Source of the DNA: a virus
Lineage: Duplodnaviria > Caudoviricetes
DNA: 28,410 nucleotides
Reading direction: 5' to 3' (one strand)
Virus record (IMG/VR): IMGVR_UViG_3300034100_000009
Coordinates: 1 to 28,410 of that record
In this document: positions 8,305 through 16,136 of the stretch, in pieces
How the letters are laid out: every line of letters begins with the position of its first letter
Position numbering within the stretch: position 1 is the first letter of the stretch
Made by a program: the position numbers and the translations under genes
Notes under the pieces: model-generated
Told to the model about the DNA's origin: nothing
The model's input: the letters and a program-made list of their open reading frames with translations, nothing else
Databases searched by the model: none

Positions 8305-8499
8305 ATGAGCAGAGAACGCGAAGCTGAACTGGTAGAGACACTCAAAAGTTACACCCACACCGAGGCGTTCCGGCTCGCTGGTGAACTTCTCGCCCTACGG
8401 AGGGAGCGCCATCGTGACCGGCTCGAAGGAAGCGAGGACGCAGAAGTGCGGGGAAGATCGAAAGAGTGTAAGGATTTGTTACAAATATTCGAGACTTAA
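8305..8499 (+). CDS. Small helical protein between portal and scaffold
   Basis: 64 aa, abuts the previous stop. Position typical of small podoviral head-assembly genes. Confidence 0.7.
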   Translation: MSREREAELVETLKSYTHTEAFRLAGELLALRRERHRDRLEGSEDAEVRGRSKECKDLLQIFET

Positions 8500-8522
8500 A
8501 TATTTTCATCGCAAATATTCAG

Positions 8523-8552
8523 TTGACAAATTGTGTAACAGAATGTTACCAT
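8523..8552 (+). promoter_or_regulatory. Sigma70-type promoter for scaffold/capsid genes
   Basis: Perfect TTGACA (8523-8528), 18-nt spacer, extended -10 TG-T-TACCAT (8544-8552), in an AT-rich intergenic gap. SD TAAGGAG precedes ATG 8578. Confidence 0.75.
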
Positions 8553-8577
8553 ACGCACAAACTATAAGGAGTTACCA

Positions 8578-9438
8578 ATGGGAGCTAAAGCTGCCGAACT
8601 GACTACTGACGAAGGATTATCTGGGGATGCGTTTGATCTCGCTTTTGAGGCGGTCGCAACCGGTGAAGTAATTGAACCTGTCAAGGACGAACCTGTCAAG
8701 GACGAACCTGTCAAGGACGAACCTGTCAAGGACGAACCTGTCAAGGACGAACCTGTCAAGGACGAACCTGTCAAGGACGAGCCTGTCAAGGACGAACCTG
8801 TCAAGGAGACTCCGAAGAAGGTTGAAACTCCAGACCCGGCCATCGAAGCTGCTGCGAAGGCTGCTCAGGAAGCGGCCACCGCCAGGGAGAACTTGTCTGA
8901 GGACGAGACCAAGCTGCTCTCGGAAGTAGCCACTGACTTCCCTGAAGTCCTCAAGGCCATTGAGGCCAGGGAGCGGGTGCTGGTTGCGAAGATGGAGAAT
9001 CAGTTTGCCGCGAAGTTGGCCGAACTCACTTCTCAGTTTGATACCAAGATCACCCCGGCGCTGACCACCGCGCAGAGTTACGCTACCAACCAGTTCATGG
9101 CGTCGGTTCTCCAGAAGCACGCCGACGCTGTTACGCTTCTTCCAGATGTTGAGAAGTGGGTAGCAGGCCAGCCGGCCATTGTTCGCAGATCATACGATGC
9201 AGTTCTGGACGGAGGCACTGTGGCCGAGACCGTTGAGCTGCTCGATATTTTCAAGAAAGCAACGCAAGTAAGTACCCCTTCTGAGCCAACTCCTGAAGAG
9301 GTAGCGGCGCAGCAGGATAAAGAGAAAAGGCTCAAGGCCCAGGAAGGCGTTAAAGGACGTCATACTTCTGGGGGCAGAGCCGCTGTGGACCCCGACGATT
9401 TCGACGGGGCCTTTGATAAGTTTGCCGCAACGGCATAA
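8578..9438 (+). CDS. Capsid scaffolding protein
   Basis: 286 aa, acidic, low-complexity N-terminus and helical core, directly upstream of the MCP. Confidence 0.8.
   Translation: MGAKAAELTTDEGLSGDAFDLAFEAVATGEVIEPVKDEPVKDEPVKDEPVKDEPVKDEPVKDEPVKDEPVKDEPVKETPKKVETPDPAIEAAAKAAQEAATARENLSEDETKLLSEVATDFPEVLKAIEARERVLVAKMENQFAAKLAELTSQFDTKITPALTTAQSYATNQFMASVLQKHADAVTLLPDVEKWVAGQPAIVRRSYDAVLDGGTVAETVELLDIFKKATQVSTPSEPTPEEVAAQQDKEKRLKAQEGVKGRHTSGGRAAVDPDDFDGAFDKFAATA
8674..8808 (+). repeat. 15-bp tandem repeat x9 encoding (EPVKD)8-EPVKE
   Basis: GAACCTGTCAAGGAC: seven exact copies and two with single changes. Confidence 0.97.
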
Positions 9439-9465
9439 CAACCCCCAGCCAGAGGAGGAAGTATC

Positions 9466-10464
9466 ATGGCATTAACAGCTTACGGGGACATCTCCCCAGC
9501 AGTAGCGGCCAGTGCGTCCGTAGAGATCCTGAAACGTGCCCAGCCCCATCTGGTCATCCAGCAGCTTGCTCAGGTTAAGCCGCTCGGCAAGAACCAGACC
9601 ACCACCCAGAAGTTCCGTCGGTACGAGCGGTTGGCCGCGGCCACCACTCCTCTGACTGAGGGTGTAACTCCCACCGGCAGCAGCCCCACCTACACCGACT
9701 ACACCGCCACCTTGGCGCAGTATGGTGACTATCTGGAGTTGACTGACGTAATTGCCGATCTGCACACCGACCCTGTGTTGCAGGAGTATTCCGGCATGAT
9801 CGGCGAGCAGTCCGCGCTAACCCTGGAGATGATTGCTTTCGGCATCATCAAGGCAGGCACCACCGTATTTCGGGCCAATGGTTCCGCCCGTACCGACATC
9901 AACACCCCGCTGACCCGTGACCTGCTTCGTAAAGCAACTCGGGGCTTGAAGCGGCAGTTGGCGCGTCCGTTCACCAAGAAGACCTCCAGCACTCCGAAGT
10001 TCGGTGCTGAGGCTGTCCGGCCGTCTTACGTCGCCCTGGTACACTCTGACTTGCAGGCCACCCTTGAGGATATGGAAGGCTTCAAGGATATGGCTGACTA
10101 CGAGGGTCCGTACTACGAAGGTGAGTTCGGCGCCAACGGCGATGTTCGGTTCGTTATGTCCACCATCGTTGAAGCATGGACTGACGGCGGCGGTGCCAAG
10201 GCCGGCAGTGGCGTTACCATGATCTCCACTGGTGGAACCTATGCCGATGTGTATCCGGTCATTGTTCTCGCCCCGGACGCTTTCGGCCTCGTTCCCCTCA
10301 AGGGTGCGAACGCCATCACCCCGATGGTTCTGAACCCGAACGTACCTCGCGGCGGCGATCCTCTGGCGCAGCGCGGCTCTGTAGGTTGGAAGACCTACTT
10401 TACCGCCGTGATCCTGAACCAGTCGTTCATTTCCCGTATCGAGTGCGCGGCCGCAGAGCTTTAA
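9466..10464 (+). CDS. Major capsid protein, N4-gp56 family (HK97 fold)
   Basis: 332 aa. YGDISP...KFRRYERL...PLTEGVTP...QYGD...DPLAQRGSVGWK motifs characteristic of this family. SD GAGGAGG. Confidence 0.92.
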   Translation: MALTAYGDISPAVAASASVEILKRAQPHLVIQQLAQVKPLGKNQTTTQKFRRYERLAAATTPLTEGVTPTGSSPTYTDYTATLAQYGDYLELTDVIADLHTDPVLQEYSGMIGEQSALTLEMIAFGIIKAGTTVFRANGSARTDINTPLTRDLLRKATRGLKRQLARPFTKKTSSTPKFGAEAVRPSYVALVHSDLQATLEDMEGFKDMADYEGPYYEGEFGANGDVRFVMSTIVEAWTDGGGAKAGSGVTMISTGGTYADVYPVIVLAPDAFGLVPLKGANAITPMVLNPNVPRGGDPLAQRGSVGWKTYFTAVILNQSFISRIECAAAEL

Positions 10465-10474
10465 GCTAACCCTG

Positions 10475-10504
10475 TGGGCGGGGTAAAACCCGCCCAGTTC
10501 TTTT
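10475..10504 (+). terminator. Intrinsic terminator after MCP (probably leaky)
   Basis: TGGGCGGG / CCCGCCCA 8-bp stem, 6-nt loop, followed by GTTCTTTT. Confidence 0.75.
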
Positions 10505-10517
10505 AAGGAGACATACC

Positions 10518-10817
10518 ATGAATAAACAGTACGCACGAGTTGGCACCAACACCGTAGCCGCCGGAGGAACCGCCGAGACCGTTGTGCTCGGCTTCCAGCC
10601 CTCTTATGTCCGGGCGGTAAATGTCAACAACCTCGCAACCTACGAGCACTGGTCCGGCATGGCCGATGGTACTTCCATCGACACCGGCAACCACGCAGAC
10701 ACCCAGATTTCTGTGAATGCAGCAGGGTCCATCACTCTGACCGCTACCGGGTTCACCCTCGGCGCCGACATTTGTGATACCACTGCCGATGTTGTTCGTT
10801 GGGTAGCTATCCGCTAA
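10518..10817 (+). CDS. Small beta-rich virion protein (capsid decoration-like)
   Basis: 99 aa directly after MCP, TAAGGAG SD, LGFQPSYV...ITLTATGFTLG. Confidence 0.7.
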   Translation: MNKQYARVGTNTVAAGGTAETVVLGFQPSYVRAVNVNNLATYEHWSGMADGTSIDTGNHADTQISVNAAGSITLTATGFTLGADICDTTADVVRWVAIR

Positions 10818-10866
10818 ACACTGTCCAGGCGGAGTCTTTTAAGCTCCTGCCGATGGAGGATGTAAC

Positions 10867-11427
10867 ATGAGAGTAAAAGAATTAAAAACCAGATTGCTTG
10901 TTTGTGAAACAATCAAAACCCACAGCGGAGCTACTCCGACACTGGGCGGACTTGGCATCGCTGAGAGCGCTGCGCTGGATGGTGTAACTGCTGGAACTGT
11001 TGCCGCATCCAAGGCAGTCGTCGTCGATGCCAACAAGGACGTTACGGGTTTTCGTAACGTCGGCGTTTCTGGGAGTGTCGTTTTTGGCGCCGGGGCAACC
11101 ATGGATGTAGACAGCGCGGCGGTCGCTGCAACCGGCAACGATACTACCCAAACAGCTACTGTCGCAAAAATGGCAGGCACCATCACAACCGGGGCGTTGA
11201 CCACCGCGGCCAACGCAACAACTGCTGTCGTTCTGACTTTGCCGGGGGTGGTGGCTGGTGATATTGTACTCACCACCTTGGCCGGGGGGACAAACACGAC
11301 AAGTGTAACCGTCAACTCAGCCATTGCGACCACGGATACTATCACAATTGTATTGCGGAATGATGTTCTGAGCACAACCGCACTCAACGGTACGGTCGCG
11401 TTCCACTATTTGTGGATGAAGAAGTAA
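10867..11427 (+). CDS. Thr/Ala/Val-rich virion protein (head fibre or decoration-like)
   Basis: 186 aa. LDGVTAGTVAASKAVVVDANKD fibre-like segment and a beta-rich C-terminal domain. GGAGGA SD. Confidence 0.7.
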   Translation: MRVKELKTRLLVCETIKTHSGATPTLGGLGIAESAALDGVTAGTVAASKAVVVDANKDVTGFRNVGVSGSVVFGAGATMDVDSAAVAATGNDTTQTATVAKMAGTITTGALTTAANATTAVVLTLPGVVAGDIVLTTLAGGTNTTSVTVNSAIATTDTITIVLRNDVLSTTALNGTVAFHYLWMKK

Positions 11428-11431
11428 GCTG

Positions 11432-11484
11432 TTCAAGTTTTGAATCGGGGGGAGGGGCGATCCTCCCTCTTCTCAAGCCTTGAA
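11432..11484 (+). other. Long imperfect RNA hairpin with GCGA tetraloop (terminator or processing site)
   Basis: TTCAAG/CTTGAA, TTTGA/TCAAG and GGGGGGAGGG/TCCTCCCTCT nested stems (including G-U pairs) around GCGA (11457-11460). Confidence 0.65.
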
Positions 11485-11502
11485 ACAAAAAGGAGCCTAA
11501 AA

Positions 11503-11760
11503 ATGTATATGAAGCGCATGCTGGAAATAGGACAAGCCTCGAATGGCTTTGTTATTGAGTGCCGTGTGCCGATCAAGCCGAAGGAAAAGAAAAAGAACGA
11601 GGGGCTGTGTTGCGAGTACCCCGGCTCCAGTGAGAAGCAGTACATCGCCAAGGACGCGGCCGAAGTTGTTTCCTTGATCGAGAAGCTGATGCCGATGCTG
11701 GACGACAGTTTTACAACCGAAGAAGAGTTCGATGTCGCTTTCGACAAAGCGGCCAAATAA
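11503..11760 (+). CDS. Hypothetical protein, 85 aa
   Basis: Start reassigned to ATG 11503 (AAGGAG SD). Ends EEEFDVAFDKAAK. Confidence 0.75.
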   Translation: MYMKRMLEIGQASNGFVIECRVPIKPKEKKKNEGLCCEYPGSSEKQYIAKDAAEVVSLIEKLMPMLDDSFTTEEEFDVAFDKAAK

Positions 11761-11779
11761 AAAATAACTGGAGGACCAG

Positions 11780-12253
11780 ATGAGCGTAAATGACGAATTT
11801 GACCTTGACTCTGAAATGACTGGGGTTGATACCGCACCTGTGGAAGTTCCTGCGAAAGGGAAAGGTAAGGGCAAAGCCAAGGCCGAACAGGCACCAGAGA
11901 AGGCAGTAGAGGCTGCACCTGAAAAGGTCGCCCTCGATCCGGAAGAGGACCGCGAGAACTGGCCGGTAATCCACATCGAGATGGAAGATGAGAAGCCCAA
12001 CTACGAGTATCTCGCGGCCCACGGCACCATGCAGAACGGACAGCCGTTCGGCCACGAGTTGCAGGTAATGCGCGGAGTCGATGTGGCTGTACCGCCATCC
12101 ATCGTTTACTCCTTGCGGGACGCGATCAGCTCTCACTACTCTCAGCGGAGAGATGCTTCAGGGAAGACGAGCCTGATCAAGCAGGAGCGATCCGCGATCC
12201 CTTGGCGGCTGGTAAGCCCAGGCCTTCATGTCAAGCCACCCCGGGCAAGATAA
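11780..12253 (+). CDS. Hypothetical head-region protein
   Basis: 157 aa, GGAGG SD, low-complexity N-terminus, globular C-terminus (VMRGVDVAVPPSIVYSLRDA). Confidence 0.75.
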   Translation: MSVNDEFDLDSEMTGVDTAPVEVPAKGKGKGKAKAEQAPEKAVEAAPEKVALDPEEDRENWPVIHIEMEDEKPNYEYLAAHGTMQNGQPFGHELQVMRGVDVAVPPSIVYSLRDAISSHYSQRRDASGKTSLIKQERSAIPWRLVSPGLHVKPPRAR

Positions 12254-12940
12254 ATGAATCGCTCTCAGATGCTCGCAGAGTTGCGAGACGTCATAAGCGA
12301 TTTATCTGTTGCTGGGTCGTGGTCTGACACCCGGCTGCTCGGGTATCTTTCTGAGGGCCAGGACAAGTTCTGCGAGGACACAGGGTACTTCGGTGACATC
12401 ACCAATTACTCGCTAACCCTCGCTACCGGCACCGCGATGTACGCAATCCCTCCCAGAGCGATCCAGATAACGGACATCTGGGACGGGACCAAGCGGCTCG
12501 GCAAGGTACTGCCTGATCGCGTAGTTGCGCAGGACACTGAGATGTTCGACCTCGGCTCTACAGCTACAGGCAGACCATCGCACTGGCAGACGGACCAGAC
12601 CACCGGGTTCATCAAGCTGACCCCTACGCCAACCCTCGCTGAGAATGGGGTTATCCTGACTCTGCATGTGTGGCGGTACAGCCGGTATGACCTCGCAGGA
12701 GATGGTGCTACGGCAGGAACTCCTGCCGAACCTGAAATTCCTAGCCGGTTCCACCGGGCGTGCATTGAGTGGGCCGCATACAAAGCGTTCATGCACCACG
12801 ACGCAGAGGCGCAAGATCCGGTAAAAGCCGGTGATCATCTGCAAGCGTACAAGGCGTATGTGTCAGACGGCAAAGATGCACTGCGCAGAATACAGAACAC
12901 GGAAACTCGGGTCGGATCTGACCCGGCGTACAGGACTTGA
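12254..12940 (+). CDS. Head-tail adaptor (podoviral tail tubular A / gp4-like position)
   Basis: 228 aa. WSDTRLLGYLSEGQ...PEIPSRFHRACIEWAAYKAF pattern typical of adaptor proteins. Confidence 0.7.
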   Translation: MNRSQMLAELRDVISDLSVAGSWSDTRLLGYLSEGQDKFCEDTGYFGDITNYSLTLATGTAMYAIPPRAIQITDIWDGTKRLGKVLPDRVVAQDTEMFDLGSTATGRPSHWQTDQTTGFIKLTPTPTLAENGVILTLHVWRYSRYDLAGDGATAGTPAEPEIPSRFHRACIEWAAYKAFMHHDAEAQDPVKAGDHLQAYKAYVSDGKDALRRIQNTETRVGSDPAYRT

Positions 12941-12944
12941 GCCG

Positions 12945-14162
12945 ATGAAATACGAACGCGGCATCACAGCTCTCACCCCAGTCGGTGCAGGCATGTGTAA
13001 CAAGTTCTCGGCCAGAGCTTTGCCGGAGGACGTAGTCCGTAACGCCGTCAATGCAGACTTCCGCTCCACCGGCGACATCCGCACACGAGGCGGGTACGCC
13101 CTGAACTACGCAGGAAACGATGTTCACTCCGCGTTTACTTGCGCCAGTGGCTCGTACTTCGTGGAGGCCGGCGCGCTCAAACGGTTTGACCCTGCCGGGG
13201 CGCATACCTCAGTTGTCTCTGGCATCACAGGGCTGTGCAACTATTGCTACGCAGACGGCGACCTGTTCGTAAGCGATGGTGTGAAGGCGTGGAGAAACGG
13301 CGCACCTTGGGGTCTCCCGGTTCCGGCAGCTCCCTCGGTCGATGTAATGGCTGGAGGCGGAATAGCTGAAGGGCAAGTGCTCATCGCCTACACGTTCGTA
13401 GCTGCTGACGGCACTGAGTCCGGGGCAAGTTCGGTTGTCGCGGTGCAGGCGTTTGCAGACTCGCAGTTGTTTCTGTTCGGCCTGCCGATCCCTGCTGACA
13501 ACAGAGTGACGCACATCCGGGTTTACGCCAGCCCCCCGGGTGGAGAAGTTCTATACCGCCAGGCCGACGCTGTTGTTGGCTCAGTGACTGTAACGCTTGG
13601 CGCGATCCTCGACTCATGGGTGGAACTCTCGACGCACACCATGACCGCCCCTCCGGCCGGAGCCATAATCAAGAAGTATAATGGCCGCATGTACGTTGCA
13701 GTTGACGACCTGCTCTGGCACACAGAGCCGTTCGCACTCGACCTAGTAAATCCGGGCAAGAACGTAACCCGCTTCGCAGGAGACATCAAAATTGTCGAGC
13801 CGGTACGCGACGGCATCTGGGTCGTAGCTGACCGGACATTCTTCCTCGGAGGCTCTGGCCCCGAAGATTTCGTACAGCGCGAGGTTCTGCCTTACGGAGC
13901 CATCCCAGGCAACTCGGTTGCGCTTCCTGGCGGAGACGTTATGTGGTACTCAGAAAGGGGGCTGATCGTGGCAACAGACAGCGGGAAATTGAAAAATGTG
14001 CAGGAGAAGTTGGTTGCTCCTGATGTTGGAGATTCTTGTTCGGTCGCTCTCAGAGAGGTCGAAGGAACTCCGTTCGCAATGGTAAGCGTTCGCAACCCGT
14101 CGGTAAGCAGGCTTGCGGCTTCTGATTTCTTTGACGCGGAAGTTGTCCGCAGGGGGGCGTGA
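12945..14162 (+). CDS. Tail nozzle/hub-like beta-rich protein
   Basis: Start reassigned to ATG 12945 (AGGA SD), giving 405 aa. VRNAVNADF...G.IRTRGGY N-terminus, YNGRMYVA...LWHTEPF. Follows the adaptor. Confidence 0.65.
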   Translation: MKYERGITALTPVGAGMCNKFSARALPEDVVRNAVNADFRSTGDIRTRGGYALNYAGNDVHSAFTCASGSYFVEAGALKRFDPAGAHTSVVSGITGLCNYCYADGDLFVSDGVKAWRNGAPWGLPVPAAPSVDVMAGGGIAEGQVLIAYTFVAADGTESGASSVVAVQAFADSQLFLFGLPIPADNRVTHIRVYASPPGGEVLYRQADAVVGSVTVTLGAILDSWVELSTHTMTAPPAGAIIKKYNGRMYVAVDDLLWHTEPFALDLVNPGKNVTRFAGDIKIVEPVRDGIWVVADRTFFLGGSGPEDFVQREVLPYGAIPGNSVALPGGDVMWYSERGLIVATDSGKLKNVQEKLVAPDVGDSCSVALREVEGTPFAMVSVRNPSVSRLAASDFFDAEVVRRGA

Positions 14163-14656
14163 TGAGTAACAAACTCGGGTTCGTATTCGACTTTGAAATT
14201 GTGGGGCTGGACGGCGCAGTCAGGGACAAGTTCTCCCAGGAGAATATCATTCCTGATGTCGGCAGGGACTACATGCTAAGCTCCGCCCTCGCCGGAGGTT
14301 CCGCGATCTCAAGCTGGTACATCGGCCTGTACGAGAACGTGCGGGTGCCGGTAGCTTCCGACACCATGGTCACGTTGCTGGCAGACGCCGGAGAGATCAT
14401 TGATTATTCCGGCACTCCTCGGCTCACCCTTACCGCAGATCCGATCTCTGGGGGGGTATTCTCCAACTCAATAACGAAGGCCGAGTTCACGTTCACCGCG
14501 GCCAAAACTGTGCGCGGCGGGTTCATTACCAGCAACTCAGTGAAAAGCAACACCGCCGGGACTCTGCTCTCGGCTGTACAGCTACCAACCGCAAAGACCC
14601 TGGCCATTGGAGAGGTGCTCCGCTGCACCGCCGGGCTTGTGTTCTACACCTCATAA
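14159..14656 (+). CDS. Tail structural protein (small beta-sandwich type)
   Basis: About 165 aa (GTG 14159 or ATG 14162). ENIIPDVGRDYML...WYIGLY...AEFTF...TVRGGF. Confidence 0.7.
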   Translation: MMSNKLGFVFDFEIVGLDGAVRDKFSQENIIPDVGRDYMLSSALAGGSAISSWYIGLYENVRVPVASDTMVTLLADAGEIIDYSGTPRLTLTADPISGGVFSNSITKAEFTFTAAKTVRGGFITSNSVKSNTAGTLLSAVQLPTAKTLAIGEVLRCTAGLVFYTS

Positions 14657-14665
14657 GGAGATACC

Positions 14666-15064
14666 ATGAGCGCACTTACAAACTACGGGGAGAACTTGCT
14701 CCTTGACTGGATGTTCACCGCAGGGGCCGCTACCCGCCCGACCGCCTGGTACGTTGCCCTGCACACTGCCGACCCTACTGAGGTAGGTACGACAAGCGAA
14801 GTTCTTGTGGCCGCAGACTCAGCCTATACCAGAAAGACCGTAACTTTCGCCGCTGCTTCCGGAGGCCAGAGCCTGTCTACATTGCAGGTAGCGCACACTC
14901 CGGCGGTCGCGGCTACGGCCTACACGGTGACGCACATCTCGATCTGTGACGCGGCCACTGCCGGGAACGTCCTGATGAAGGGCGCCCTGAGCGTGCCTCG
15001 CCTGATCGACAACGCAAACCCGCTCGTTATCGCCGCCGGCGACATCGTTGCAGCACTTGATTAA
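14666..15064 (+). CDS. Tail structural / fibre-attachment protein
   Basis: 132 aa. MSALTNYGENLLLDW...WYVALHTADP...YTRKTVTF...VTHISICDAATAGNVL, a common phage tail protein pattern. TAAGGAG SD. Confidence 0.75.
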   Translation: MSALTNYGENLLLDWMFTAGAATRPTAWYVALHTADPTEVGTTSEVLVAADSAYTRKTVTFAAASGGQSLSTLQVAHTPAVAATAYTVTHISICDAATAGNVLMKGALSVPRLIDNANPLVIAAGDIVAALD

Positions 15065-15075
15065 AGGAGACTGAA

Positions 15076-15504
15076 ATGGAAATATCTTTGGGAGTTCGTA
15101 ACGCAGTATTGTCAGCACTTGCTGCGCAGCTTACTACTGCTGAGATTCGCATTTATGGAGGAACTCCGCCGGTCGATGCCGATGCTGCTGCAACTACAAA
15201 TGACACGCTCTGTGTTATTTCTGTAAACGGGGTCGGGACTGCTTTGACATTCTCAGCACCGACAGGGGGAATCATGGTAAAAACCCCGGCGGAGGTATGG
15301 CTGGGGACAAACCTTATGAGTGGGACGGCTACTTTTTATCGGCTGGTAAACTCAGCAGATGATGATCTCGTCACTACCACCCTTCCTAGGGTACAAGGCA
15401 CGGTTGGCCTCATAAACGCCGACCTGAATCTGGCGTCTACGTCCTTGTTTGTAAGCCAGGAGCAGAGGGTAGACACCTTCGTATTGGGTATGCCTGGTGA
15501 GTGA
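15076..15504 (+). CDS. Tail structural protein
   Basis: 142 aa. RNAVL...IRIYGGTPP.DAD...GTATFYRL...RVQGTVG. AAGGAG SD. Confidence 0.75.
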   Translation: MEISLGVRNAVLSALAAQLTTAEIRIYGGTPPVDADAAATTNDTLCVISVNGVGTALTFSAPTGGIMVKTPAEVWLGTNLMSGTATFYRLVNSADDDLVTTTLPRVQGTVGLINADLNLASTSLFVSQEQRVDTFVLGMPGE

Positions 15505-16132
15505 TCTGGTTAAGGACTACACCACCGAGTATGTAGCCGGGAAAGCTGGGTCTTATGGAGTGATCGGCTCGACCGGAACTCCTGGGTACTGGACTACCGT
15601 CGGGACTCCGGATTACTCTTGGCAGCAGGAGCCACCAGGCCCTAAAGTGCGCAACGTTACAGTGATTAATGCCGGAGGTAGGGCTGTTCAGGTAGCGACT
15701 TCCAAGGACCTTTTGGCGTTCAGTGCGGCGATAGGGAGTATTAGAAAAGTAGTCAACGGTGTAACTTACGAATATGCTACATTACTCCGCGCCGGCATGG
15801 CTGGGGATGTGGCAGCAGATAAGGCTGCTGGGAAGCTCCTTTGGGAGTTCCTAAGTACCTATATCGTTGCACCGTGGTCCGCGGCCTGGACGCTCCCAAG
15901 TCCGGTGGCTGCTTCTTTACGGATCTCCGCGCTGGCCGACAGGTTAAAAATTGGGACGCCTATTGCAAGAGCAAACGGAAGAGATGTGATAGTGTGGTGG
16001 GCGTTCAACAGTGGCAATCCGTTTGTAGGGACAACCATGGACGGACTTAAGCAGTATGTCGGGCTTTCTTCAAAAGGCCCGCAAGTAATGGAGCAGTCGC
16101 AAATTAGAAATTTGACATACTACGGGACTTGA
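15497..16132 (+). CDS. Hypothetical tail-region protein
   Basis: 211 aa from a GTG overlapping the previous stop. Gly-periodic N-terminus. Confidence 0.65.
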   Translation: MSDLVKDYTTEYVAGKAGSYGVIGSTGTPGYWTTVGTPDYSWQQEPPGPKVRNVTVINAGGRAVQVATSKDLLAFSAAIGSIRKVVNGVTYEYATLLRAGMAGDVAADKAAGKLLWEFLSTYIVAPWSAAWTLPSPVAASLRISALADRLKIGTPIARANGRDVIVWWAFNSGNPFVGTTMDGLKQYVGLSSKGPQVMEQSQIRNLTYYGT

Positions 16133-16136
16133 TCTG

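Noticed and set aside
8674-8808. CRISPR array or iteron origin
   Set aside because: Head-to-tail 15-bp units with no spacers, in frame within the scaffold gene.
4384-12944. Longer starts at 4384 (TerL), 11440 and 12831
   Set aside because: They overlap upstream genes or a hairpin and lack SDs. Downstream starts at 4432, 11503 and 12945 have SDs.
16124-16136. Programmed +1 frameshift at ACT-TGA
   Set aside because: The P-site codon is ACT rather than the CTT of prfB-type sites, and no slippery heptamer is present. An indel or true split is more plausible.
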